In this document: positions 1 to 8,735 of the stretch, piece by piece | Numbering within the stretch: the stretch's first letter is position 1 | Layout of the letters: every line of letters begins with the position of its first letter | NCBI GenBank assembly: GCA_964293715.1 | Contig: CAXZAB010000001.1 | Coordinates: 1 to 30,542, forward strand | Direction of reading: 5' to 3' | DNA from: an uncultured bacterium | Lineage (GTDB): Bacteria; Cloacimonadota; Cloacimonadia; Cloacimonadales; Cloacimonadaceae | Length of the DNA stretch: 30,542 nucleotides | The notes under the pieces: generated by a model | What the model was told of the DNA's origin: nothing | What the model saw: the letters and a program-made list of their open reading frames with translations, nothing else | Database searches by the model: none | Made by a program: the position numbers and the translations under genes

Positions 1-1
1 C

Positions 2-229
2 GCGCCAGAGAATCTCAGCAGCTATCTCAGTGGTAGCGTATTAAAACTCCGCTGGGACCAAGTTCCCGGCGCCGTCCACTACAATGTTTATTACTCGGAT
101 CTGCCGCAAGGACCCTTCACCACCTTGCTAAGCCAGGTCTTTGATAACGATCTTAGTGATGGTTTTGTGCAGACCGACCTTTCCGGAATCGAGCCACGAC
201 GGTTCTATCAAGTGAGGGCGGGGAACTAA
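2..229 (+). CDS. 3' end (partial, runs off left edge) of a probably secreted protein ending in an FN3-like beta-sandwich domain
   Basis: Frame 2 is open from the window edge to TAA at 227-229: APENLSSYLSGSVLKLRWDQVPGAVHYNVYYSDLPQGPF...RRFYQVRAGN*. The PxNL...LxW..V.GA..Y.VY...FYxVxA pattern is fibronectin type III-like. A terminator follows. Not in the ORF track because the start is missing. Confidence 0.8.
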   Translation, partial: APENLSSYLSGSVLKLRWDQVPGAVHYNVYYSDLPQGPFTTLLSQVFDNDLSDGFVQTDLSGIEPRRFYQVRAGN

Positions 230-255
230 AGATCATCGAAATAACTGAATAATCT

Positions 256-279
256 AAGAGGGGGGACCCCCCTCTTTTT
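256..279 (+). terminator. Rho-independent terminator
   Basis: Perfect inverted repeat AAGAGGGGGG (256-265) / CCCCCCTCTT (267-276) running into a T tract, 27 nt after the upstream stop. Confidence 0.8.
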
Positions 280-404
280 GCTATAGTGTGATTTGTGGCT
301 TTGGGGAAACAGGAGATGAGCCTATTTGTACACGATAATGTCTCCAAACTTCCACAAAACCGGGTTATTGAAGCCTTTTCTCAGCACTCACCCTCAAAAA
401 TAGA

Positions 405-432
405 TTGACTGTTTTGTTCCGCTTCATAGACT
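405..432 (+). promoter_or_regulatory. Putative sigma70-type promoter for the substrate-binding protein gene
   Basis: TTGACT (405-410), 16 nt spacer, TAGACT (427-432); A-tract upstream; SD AGGAGA at 485-490. Confidence 0.55.
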
Positions 433-494
433 TGTATCAAACAGGTAAAGTACTGTGTGCTATGCCTTAGTTTGACTTTATATCAGGAGAGAAT

Positions 495-1772
495 ATGCGA
501 AGAGTACTGATCGTGGTGATCTTAATGAGCCTGCTTTTGGGCGCTTGTGGAAAAACGCTGACATCAACCAAGACCAAGATAACATTTTGGCATGGTCTGA
601 GTGGTCCCTTGGGGGATACTCTTACTGCGATGATTATGGAATTTAATCGCAGTCAGGATGAGATCGAGGTGGTGGCAAATCCCATCAGTTCCTATACTGC
701 CCTCTCGCAGAAACTGATGGCTTCGATCCAGGCCAAGAAGCAGCCGGATATCGCTCAGGTCTTTGAGAGCTGGGCTGCGAAGTATATCGAATCCGGAGTC
801 TTATGCTCACTGGAGCCCTTTATGGAAGCAGACGAGGACTTTGGTGAAGAGGACTTACAGGATATGTTCCCGGTCTTCAGGAATTCCAATACTTTCAACG
901 GCACCATCTACTCCATGCCTTTTAATAAAAGCGTGAGAGCATATTTCTATAACAAAGACGAATTTTATCGCCTGGGTCTGGATCCTGACCATTTCCCCGA
1001 AACCTGGGAAGAATTCCGCAAAATGGCTAAATTGATGACCCGGGACAGTGATGGCGACAGCGAGATCGACCGTTGGGGTTCAAACTTCAATGTGAACGAA
1101 TGGCAGTTTATCAATCTGTTGCATCAAGCCGGTGGCAGGATTGTGGATGATGCCGGAAATCCCGCTCTGAATAGCAAAGCCGGGGTGGAAGCGCTTACTT
1201 ATATCACCGATCTGATGTTCAAGGATAAGAGCGTGTATCTGGTAACGGGATACGACGGTCAAAATGACTTTTTGGCGGGGATCGTGCCCATGTATGAAGG
1301 CTCCAGCGTGTCCATCACGCACATGCGCCAGCAGCCCATCAATTTTAATATCGGTTATGCGCCTCTGCCTACTTATAAGACCGATCAAAGCGCCGTTTCA
1401 GGCACCAATATCGTCATCTTCAAATCCGGAGATGAGAAACGCGAACGTGCTTCCTGGGAATTTATTAAGTGGTTTACAAATACAGAGCAGACTGCCCGCT
1501 GGAGTGTGGAAACGAACTATATGCCGGTGCGGCGAAGTGCTATGGCCAGTGATACAATTCAGGATTTTCTGGGTAAACATCCCCAGTTTCAGGGCATCTA
1601 TGATCAACTGGAACATGCGGTTTACGAGCCTCAGACCTCCGCTTGGTTTAAGGCCAGACCGGAGCTCAAGCAATCTCTGGAACGTGCTATGAGGGATGAA
1701 TCTACACCCAAGGAAGCTCTCGATGATATTGCAAAAAAATTTGCAAAGCTGATTGAGGCAGAGTCTAATTAA
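495..1772 (+). CDS. ABC transporter substrate-binding lipoprotein, family 1 (UgpB/sugar-binding-like)
   Basis: 425 aa; lipobox LLGAC (Cys18); ITFWHGLSG, QKLMASIQAKKQPDIAQ, YSMPFNKSVRAYFYNKD, PETWEEF, AWEFIKWFT-type motif, GYMPVR-type motif; SD AGGAGA. Confidence 0.9.
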   Translation: MRRVLIVVILMSLLLGACGKTLTSTKTKITFWHGLSGPLGDTLTAMIMEFNRSQDEIEVVANPISSYTALSQKLMASIQAKKQPDIAQVFESWAAKYIESGVLCSLEPFMEADEDFGEEDLQDMFPVFRNSNTFNGTIYSMPFNKSVRAYFYNKDEFYRLGLDPDHFPETWEEFRKMAKLMTRDSDGDSEIDRWGSNFNVNEWQFINLLHQAGGRIVDDAGNPALNSKAGVEALTYITDLMFKDKSVYLVTGYDGQNDFLAGIVPMYEGSSVSITHMRQQPINFNIGYAPLPTYKTDQSAVSGTNIVIFKSGDEKRERASWEFIKWFTNTEQTARWSVETNYMPVRRSAMASDTIQDFLGKHPQFQGIYDQLEHAVYEPQTSAWFKARPELKQSLERAMRDESTPKEALDDIAKKFAKLIEAESN

Positions 1773-1782
1773 CTCTTTTTGC

Positions 1783-1811
1783 TTGACAAAGAAAGGGATT
1801 TCAAACTTTTG
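1783..1811 (+). promoter_or_regulatory. Putative promoter of tRNA-Leu
   Basis: Perfect TTGACA at 1783-1788, about 35 nt before the tRNA; -10 is degenerate (AACTTT at 1804-1809, 15 nt spacer). Confidence 0.45.
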
Positions 1812-1822
1812 AAACATAGGTT

Positions 1823-1910
1823 GCCGAAGTGGTGAAATTGGTAGACGCAGAGGACTCAAAATCCTCCGGGCTTCTTGCCCATGCCGGTTCGATTCCGGCC
1901 TTCGGCACCA
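1823..1910 (+). tRNA. tRNA-Leu (anticodon CAA), CCA encoded
   Basis: Acceptor stem GCCGAAG/CTTCGGC + ACCA; D-arm GTGGTGAAATTGGTAGAC; anticodon stem GAGGA/TCCTC with loop CT-CAA-AA; long variable arm; T-loop GGTTCGATTCC. Confidence 0.97.
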
Positions 1911-2097
1911 TAATTTTCGAGGAGAAAACTGGCAAAATTGCTATTAAGCAGTATTCTATGACCATTAAGGCGATTTGTGCTTCGCAATTATTATTGGACT
2001 ATGTGTGCGAGGGGACAAGTCATAAGCAAATACACAGGGATGTCTTCAAGGCCCTGCTGACACAAAAAAGCAAACTCTGAATTTGTGGAGGAATAAA

Positions 2098-3123
2098 ATG
2101 TCTATCAGACATATCATAATCACATTCTGCCTTGTTTTACTGGGAATTGCGCCTTTGGCAGCTATCTCACAAGGCTCACTGCTCTTTCTTACATTTGAAC
2201 CTGGTGGCCGTGCCAATGGCATGGGCCGGGCTTATACCGCAGTAGCGGACGATGCTTATGCCATGTGGTGGAATCCGGGTGCTACCGCTTTTAACCGCAA
2301 GGGTCAACTTGCCTTTAACCATATTCCTTGGCTGCAAGGCTCCGGGCTGAACGATATGTTCTACGAATACCTGGGCTGGAATCAGTATTTCGAGGATATA
2401 GGCAATCTTAATGCGCATATCGTGCTCTTGGATGCAGGAACTCAGGAACAGACGGACTCCAGTGGTGGCCCCTTAGGTGATTTCCACTCTTTTGATATCG
2501 CCGGTGCCCTGGGTTATTCCTATGAAGTGATCCCTGCCAAATTGGGTGTGGGTGCAAACTTTAAGGTCATTTACAGCTATTTGGCACCAGCCACTGGCTT
2601 TACAGATTCTGAGGGCAAGGCTTTCAGCTTTGGTTTCGATCTGGGAGCAAAGTATCTGGATCTGGCTAATATCGAAGGCTTGGATCTGGCTCTGGTTATC
2701 CAAAATATGGGTCCTGATGTGACTTTCGTGGACCAGGAACAGGCAGACCCGGCTCCGATGACGGTGCGTATGGGAGCGGCTTATACAGTAATGGATAATC
2801 CCTTCAACAAGCTGATCGTCTCCGCTGAAGCCAGTAAAATGCTGGCCAATGAAGATAACTTCTTCGCGCGTTTTGGCACAGGCTGGAAATATATGGATGA
2901 AATGATCTACGGCGTGGGTGCAGAATATACTTACCTGCAATTGATCTCGCTCCGCGGCGGTTATTTCCTGGATGATGCAGGCAGCATCTCCGGTCCCAGT
3001 TTTGGCGCCGGATTCAACTATTCCTTCAGCGAACGCTATAATCTCTCTATTGACTTCTCAATGGTTCCCGCTGGCGAACTCACTGATTTTAACAAAGTGT
3101 TCTCCATCGGATTTGAATATTAA
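2098..3123 (+). CDS. porV: PorV/PorQ-family outer-membrane beta-barrel (T9SS-associated, FadL-like)
   Basis: Start moved to ATG 2098 (GGAGG at 2087-2091). Signal peptide, then FLTFEPGGRANGMGRAYTAVADDAYAMWWNPG, the typical PorV-family N-terminus; amphipathic strands; C-terminal aromatic (IGFEY). Confidence 0.85.
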   Translation: MSIRHIIITFCLVLLGIAPLAAISQGSLLFLTFEPGGRANGMGRAYTAVADDAYAMWWNPGATAFNRKGQLAFNHIPWLQGSGLNDMFYEYLGWNQYFEDIGNLNAHIVLLDAGTQEQTDSSGGPLGDFHSFDIAGALGYSYEVIPAKLGVGANFKVIYSYLAPATGFTDSEGKAFSFGFDLGAKYLDLANIEGLDLALVIQNMGPDVTFVDQEQADPAPMTVRMGAAYTVMDNPFNKLIVSAEASKMLANEDNFFARFGTGWKYMDEMIYGVGAEYTYLQLISLRGGYFLDDAGSISGPSFGAGFNYSFSERYNLSIDFSMVPAGELTDFNKVFSIGFEY

Positions 3124-3205
3124 AGTACAATCGTGCTTACGGAAGCGGGCCTTACCTGGCCCTGCTTCTGTATAGCATACAGCTCAAAGCTATGAGTGGT
3201 GCAAA

Positions 3206-6200
3206 ATGAAAGACAACAGTAAATATACCGGCTGGATGCGAGCCTCGCTCCTGATGCTCTTTACGCTAATCAGCCTGCAGCTCTTTGCTCAAAAGATGGT
3301 GCTTTCACCAGCGGAGAGTGGCCCCAAACCAAGAAGACATCCCTATACGAAACAGCTGCGCGGGCCTCAGATGCAAAGACAAATTCAGCCCGGCAAAGGC
3401 CAATATGAAAGACTCCTCGTGATCCTGGTGGATTTTCAGGAAGAAATAATCGACGATCCTATTACTACCGGTAATGGCAAGTTTCAGCTGGAGCCGGATC
3501 CTGATTATGTCCACAGTATCGGTGCCCCTCCTCATAACCGCGAGTATTTTGAAGCCAATCTGGAAGCTATGCGATATTACTATCTGGCTGTTTCGGCCGG
3601 AGCTTACGAGCTGGAATATGAGGTCTGGCCCAAAGACAACGCGGCTTATACCCTGCCTCACAGCATGGCTTATTACAATCCCGTGGGTGCCTCTTCAGAT
3701 GAATTTGTCACGAAGATGGAAGAGTATTTTACTACATCCTTTCAAACGGCAGATCAAGACGACCCTGCAATTGACTTCGGCCATTACGCCCATTATATGA
3801 TCATTCATGCCGGTTCAGACTGGCAGCATGATGTGTTGGGCGATACTCCCGCAGACTTGCCATCTTTCTTTATCCGCGTGCCGGAAGAGAAGAAAGTGAT
3901 GGTAGATGATGGACAAACCGCAATCTATCACGCTTGCAACGTTCCGGCCACGATCTCGCAGGATTTTAGTGTATCTTCCGAGGGGGGCGTCAATATCCAT
4001 TCCGGTTACGGAGCCCTGAATTCCGTGATGTTCCATGAATTTGGACATTCCCTGGGTCTGGTGGATCTGTATAACGTAAGGAATGCTTACCCCATGGTGG
4101 GGGCTTTTGATATTATGGACAGCGGTGGAGCCGGAATCTTGGTGGATGAGCTGGCCAATAAAGATCTGGTCTATGTGGAAGGTATGTTACCCGCATTGCC
4201 GGGAGCTTTTAGCAGGCCACTGCTCTTTGAAGACGATTTTATACGCCGCGGACTCATGATAGAATTATCCGATTTGGAGCCCTTCAGTCCTGTGGAGCTT
4301 CCCGCCAGCAGCCTTATGCAAGGCCCAGAAACAAAGCCGACTCTCATCCGCTTCCCGATCGGTCCCAAAGAATATTATCTCATCGAAAACCGCAGTGTGG
4401 ATCCCGACGGAGATGGATTTACAGCTGTGTTTGGGGCTTTGGATGGCAGGGTGGTGCTTTATCCCACAGCTTTTGATGATCCCACCAATCAGCCTACTTA
4501 CGAATACGATTATCTCTTGCCTTCATTTATCAAGACAGATGGCTCTGCAGTAGGCGGCGGCATCCTGGTCTGGCATGTAAATGAAGCGATTCTCTTTGAC
4601 GAGGGCAGAGTGCTGGAGGATGGCAGTTTCTGGTCAAATTTTGAAAATAACAGTATCAATACAGATTTTAACCGTCCCGGAGTAAGCGTCTTGGAAGCGG
4701 ATGGCCTGCGCGATTTGGGCGAACCGTATTCCATGTATTGGACGGGAACTCCCTATGAATATTTCCATGGCCGCAAAGCCCTTTTGAACGGGAATGGACT
4801 CTTTGTAAACTGGTCACAGGAAGCTTGGCGCCCCCGTCTCAGCTCGGTTACAAAGCCTGCCATGCTGGCTACAAATGGCTTGGGCAGTATGTTTTACCTG
4901 GATGATATCTCCAATCCTGCCCCCGTGATGACTTTTGAGCTGAAAGCCGGGCTTTTTGAGGATTTGTTTACCCAGACCCTCCCGGGCTATCGTAGGCCAG
5001 CCAGCCCGATCAATACAAGTTACAGTGATATCTCCATCCCATATTACGGAATTTCCGGTATGACTTTGTACAGCTATATGAACCAGAGCTGGCAAGACAT
5101 TTTGGGGCCCAATACTATGCCGGTGGAGACCTGGGATTTCCCCCTTTTGAGTGTAGATAGCAATTCTGACGGCTATGATGAACTCGTGGGAGTGAGCGGC
5201 AGCAACATGCATTTCATGGATTTTGCGGACACCAATATTTCCAGCCACAGCATCACTTTCCCGGATAGCCTGTCACAACCCTTTGCCAAGGACAATGCAG
5301 TTTATGCTCACTGCGAAAACTGTCTGTATAAAATCAGCGGGTTTGAAATTGAGGACTATCTTTCCATAGACGGAATCAAAAAAGTCGCTATCTTCGATGA
5401 GCATATTCTGGTACTCAGACAGCGGGATTTCTTTATCTTCAACGCTACAGACTTTGAGCCAGAACTCGATAAAATGGAGCTACCGGATGACTTTGGCAGG
5501 TATGAACCGGTGGTCTATCAACCCTCTTACGAGCAGACACCAGGGAACATGGTGAACAATCCATTCCAGGTATTTCTTATCTCCGATCGTGGAGACATCT
5601 ATGCTTTCCATGGATGGGCCTGGGGAGAAAATGCCACACCATATCCAGGATATCGTCCGCCGCCTGCTCTGCAAAAAATATTTACCAATACCACAGAGTA
5701 TTTGCCTACTGAGTTAGCCCTTTTTGCACCTGACCGGGGTGGTGTCCGCCTCGCTTTTGGTTTGGGCAACCGGGCTTATCTCTTGGGAGCAAATGGCTAT
5801 CTTTCTTTCGGATTTCCAATCTATCTGGATCAGCTTACTTTGGCCGGTGGAAAGCATCCCAAAATCTTGAACCTGCAGGATCAGATCGTGATTTTGTATC
5901 CGGTCACAGATCAGGGCTATGTAGCGCTGTCTGAGACTGGGGAGCTTTTGCCCCAGAAGTCACTGCTTTATCCCTGCGCTCAGGCTTTTGAAGACCCGTC
6001 AAATCAAGATTATCTGTATTATGATGAGCTCAATCAGCAGCTCCTGTGGTATTATGCTCTGAGAGCTTCTGAGGGCAGGGGCAGCCGGGTCTATATTCAC
6101 AGTTTGGCAGCCGAGAAAAACCCCATTTTGTGGAGCGGATATCGAAATAGCGAAAGCGGAACCTTATATCATATCATCGATGCGGATACACCCCCGCCCT

Positions 6201-6463
6201 CGCCTACAGACTTTGACGCCTATGTATTCCCCAATCCTGTAAAATCGGGTTTATTCAGACTCCGTCTTAGCGGCATGGGCTGGCCGATAAAGATTAATAT
6301 CTATGATATAGCCGGATCGAAAGTGTATTCGGATGAGCTGAGGCAGTATGGAAATAAACATGATCTTGAGCTTGATTCTAAAGGATTCAGCTCTGGAGTC
6401 TACATAGTGCATGTGAGTAGCGGTAAAGGTCATAAAACATTTAAATTTACGGTAGAGAAATAA
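3206..6463 (+). CDS. Secreted M6-family (immune inhibitor A-like) metzincin protease with T9SS type A-like C-terminal domain
   Basis: Signal peptide (alternative start ATG 3236); LLVILVDF; MIIHAG; zinc motif HEFGHSLGLVD (4034-4066); Met-turn FDIMDSG; YYLIENR; degenerate FG-GAP-like VDSNSDGYDELV; CTD YVFPNPV...IYDIAG...SSGVYIV...KFTVEK (about 6212-6460). Confidence 0.85.
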   Translation: MKDNSKYTGWMRASLLMLFTLISLQLFAQKMVLSPAESGPKPRRHPYTKQLRGPQMQRQIQPGKGQYERLLVILVDFQEEIIDDPITTGNGKFQLEPDPDYVHSIGAPPHNREYFEANLEAMRYYYLAVSAGAYELEYEVWPKDNAAYTLPHSMAYYNPVGASSDEFVTKMEEYFTTSFQTADQDDPAIDFGHYAHYMIIHAGSDWQHDVLGDTPADLPSFFIRVPEEKKVMVDDGQTAIYHACNVPATISQDFSVSSEGGVNIHSGYGALNSVMFHEFGHSLGLVDLYNVRNAYPMVGAFDIMDSGGAGILVDELANKDLVYVEGMLPALPGAFSRPLLFEDDFIRRGLMIELSDLEPFSPVELPASSLMQGPETKPTLIRFPIGPKEYYLIENRSVDPDGDGFTAVFGALDGRVVLYPTAFDDPTNQPTYEYDYLLPSFIKTDGSAVGGGILVWHVNEAILFDEGRVLEDGSFWSNFENNSINTDFNRPGVSVLEADGLRDLGEPYSMYWTGTPYEYFHGRKALLNGNGLFVNWSQEAWRPRLSSVTKPAMLATNGLGSMFYLDDISNPAPVMTFELKAGLFEDLFTQTLPGYRRPASPINTSYSDISIPYYGISGMTLYSYMNQSWQDILGPNTMPVETWDFPLLSVDSNSDGYDELVGVSGSNMHFMDFADTNISSHSITFPDSLSQPFAKDNAVYAHCENCLYKISGFEIEDYLSIDGIKKVAIFDEHILVLRQRDFFIFNATDFEPELDKMELPDDFGRYEPVVYQPSYEQTPGNMVNNPFQVFLISDRGDIYAFHGWAWGENATPYPGYRPPPALQKIFTNTTEYLPTELALFAPDRGGVRLAFGLGNRAYLLGANGYLSFGFPIYLDQLTLAGGKHPKILNLQDQIVILYPVTDQGYVALSETGELLPQKSLLYPCAQAFEDPSNQDYLYYDELNQQLLWYYALRASEGRGSRVYIHSLAAEKNPILWSGYRNSESGTLYHIIDADTPPPSPTDFDAYVFPNPVKSGLFRLRLSGMGWPIKINIYDIAGSKVYSDELRQYGNKHDLELDSKGFSSGVYIVHVSSGKGHKTFKFTVEK

Positions 6464-6475
6464 AGGAAGGAGCAA

Positions 6476-7429
6476 ATGCGAAAGATATTATTATGTGTTC
6501 TGTTGGTGAGCCTTTTGGGCTGCCTGGTGGCGAAGGATAAAGAAGATTGGATTTGGGGAGATCAGCAAGAGACTGAAGAACAGACCCCGGATGCAGAATT
6601 CATCAAAGTGAATTATGAGAAGAGAAACCCTCGTATAGCGATGCTGATGTCAGCCCTGGTGCCTGGCGCAGGTCAATTTTATGCCGATAGATCGGCTCTC
6701 ACCACGTATATCTTCCCCGTTATCGAAGTTGGCATGATTGCTGGTATCTTTGCTTTTCAAAAAATAGGCAATGACAAAACCAAGGATTTTGAGCGTTATG
6801 CAAATCAGGAAACCATATCGTACATGCTGGGCGATGGCATTAGCACAGTCAATACTACACGCTACAGTCGTGAGCGCCAAACCCGCATCGAAAGCATCCT
6901 GATGAACCTCAATCCGGTGGATATTTACGAGCGTTCCTATTTCCGTCTGGACGGTGATAACACCCAGCATTTTTACGAAGATATCGGCAAATACCCGCAT
7001 TATGTCTTTGGTTGGGCAGATTGGTATTACACTTTTGCCACCGAAGCTGACGGCACCCCCGCTGACCCAATTTGGTATCCTGAAGGCCACAGTGAAGAAC
7101 CGCCCGATCCAAGCTGGAAGTGGCGCGGAAACTATCCGCTCTGGGGAATCAATACCGGTGTTCCGGTGGAAATCAATACCCATGCCTCCAGCCCTATGCG
7201 CGAGCATTATGTAGATATGCGCAATGAGGCCAAAGATGCCTATAAGATTAGCGATTACTTCAGATTTGGTTTGGTTTTTAATCATCTTGGCGCAGCTATA
7301 GATGCGATCAGGGTGACCCGCAACGTAAATCGCGGTTCGCTCACAGACAGTGGTGTGCGCATGCAGTATTACACCACAATCCATGATCAGAATATCACAC
7401 CTACGCTTGGTCTGAACTGGAAATTCTAA
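6476..7429 (+). CDS. Hypothetical membrane protein (DUF5683-like SAxxPGxGQ motif), paralogue 1 of 3
   Basis: 317 aa; SD AGGAG; signal peptide; SALVPGAGQFY, hydrophobic helices, WKW, YVDMR, NHLGAAIDA, C-terminal GLNWKF. Confidence 0.8.
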   Translation: MRKILLCVLLVSLLGCLVAKDKEDWIWGDQQETEEQTPDAEFIKVNYEKRNPRIAMLMSALVPGAGQFYADRSALTTYIFPVIEVGMIAGIFAFQKIGNDKTKDFERYANQETISYMLGDGISTVNTTRYSRERQTRIESILMNLNPVDIYERSYFRLDGDNTQHFYEDIGKYPHYVFGWADWYYTFATEADGTPADPIWYPEGHSEEPPDPSWKWRGNYPLWGINTGVPVEINTHASSPMREHYVDMRNEAKDAYKISDYFRFGLVFNHLGAAIDAIRVTRNVNRGSLTDSGVRMQYYTTIHDQNITPTLGLNWKF

Positions 7430-8088
7430 TGAGTTTACATAAACCAAAACGCCTGAGCCTGATTGGTATCCTGCTGCTCTTGCTTACCAGCGGTAGCCTT
7501 GCGGCCCAGTCCCGGATCACCTTTATCGGAATGAGTGCTTTGGTTCCCGGCAGTGCTGAAATTGCCATGGGCAAGACGAATCGCGGAGTAGCTTTGCTCT
7601 TATCAGATGTTTTGGCTACCTACTCCTTTTTCAAGACGAACCATGATATGGATTTGAAAAAGGATGCCTACAAACAATATGCCCAGAGCTATGCAGGGGT
7701 ACCTTTGGATATGCCTCAGGGGCACTATCAGGCGATTCAGGACTACATCAGCAGTGAAGCTTATAACGATTTTCAGGATATGCAGGCCAGAAACTTCTTT
7801 ATGATCTATCATAATGACATTCAGGCTTATATAGACTATATTGAGACTCATACCTATACTGGCGAAGAAAGCTGGCAATGGCAATCCCCCATGCACTGGG
7901 AGACTTACATAGATATGCGTAAAGGACATCAGAGGATCAAGATCAGCCATACTCTGGCTCTGGGGATGATGCTCTTAAACAGGGGCATCAGCATCATCGA
8001 TACTGCCATCCTGAGCAAGAATGCGAGTCTCTATGCTTCTCCAAATGGCGCGGATGGTATGATGTTGAATTACGAAATGAGGTTTTAA
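7429..8088 (+). CDS. Hypothetical membrane protein, paralogue 2 of 3
   Basis: 219 aa; TAATG overlap with previous gene; SALVPG, SWQWQS, YIDMR, NRGISIIDT, C-terminal NYEMRF. Confidence 0.8.
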   Translation: MSLHKPKRLSLIGILLLLLTSGSLAAQSRITFIGMSALVPGSAEIAMGKTNRGVALLLSDVLATYSFFKTNHDMDLKKDAYKQYAQSYAGVPLDMPQGHYQAIQDYISSEAYNDFQDMQARNFFMIYHNDIQAYIDYIETHTYTGEESWQWQSPMHWETYIDMRKGHQRIKISHTLALGMMLLNRGISIIDTAILSKNASLYASPNGADGMMLNYEMRF

Positions 8089-8735
8089 TGCGCAAGAAAC
8101 ATACGATTATCATCCTGCTCGTTATCCTTTCCTTTAGTGGATTATGGGCTCAGGGAAAAGATCTCCTGCTGTCTTTGGCAGTGCCCGGATTTTCGCAAGT
8201 TAGGCAAGGCCAGAGCTATGGCTATGTGATGCTGGCCGCGGAAGCAGCTTTGATCGGCACATCCTTGTATTTAAATAGCGAAGCCGATCTTTTGATGGAT
8301 GAATCTTACACCCATGCCTTGAAATTCGCCGGGGTCAATCCCGCGGATTATGACAAGGAATTTTTGAAGAACCTGGGCAAATACAATAGCAGCAGCTTTG
8401 ATGCCGATGGTTACAATGCCACGATCCGGCGCGAAGCGCAAAGGCTCTTTCCGGGTGATCCAAGTGCTCAGCAGAGTTATATTGATGAGCATGCCTATGG
8501 CGAAAACCGCTCCTGGAGATGGCAGAGCATCGATAAGCGCTCTGAATACAACCGTATGCGCAACAATTCCCAAGACCTTGAATCCTACGGCAAGCTCGTG
8601 GTGGGAGTGATCATTCTGAATCACCTGGTCAGCGGGATCGACGTCTTAAGGTCAGGGGCGCAGGGACGCAGGACAGATCTCAGCGTGGACGTTCATCGCA
8701 ATGCTCCTATGCTTAAAGTCTCTGTGAAGTTTTGA
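8088..8735 (+). CDS. Hypothetical membrane protein, paralogue 3 of 3
   Basis: 215 aa; TAATG overlap; SLAVPG, LGKYNSS, SWRWQS, YNRMR, NHLVSGIDV, C-terminal KVSVKF. Confidence 0.8.
   Translation: MRKKHTIIILLVILSFSGLWAQGKDLLLSLAVPGFSQVRQGQSYGYVMLAAEAALIGTSLYLNSEADLLMDESYTHALKFAGVNPADYDKEFLKNLGKYNSSSFDADGYNATIRREAQRLFPGDPSAQQSYIDEHAYGENRSWRWQSIDKRSEYNRMRNNSQDLESYGKLVVGVIILNHLVSGIDVLRSGAQGRRTDLSVDVHRNAPMLKVSVKF

Noticed and set aside
1829-2080. 83-aa ORF from the track
   Set aside because: It starts inside and reads through the tRNA-Leu gene (MVKLVDAEDSKS is the typical translation of a tRNA-Leu); spurious.
1823-2097. tRNA-Leu as the integration site of a genomic island
   Set aside because: No integrase or transposase and no duplicated tRNA 3' end were seen in the window; downstream genes look like core envelope and housekeeping genes.
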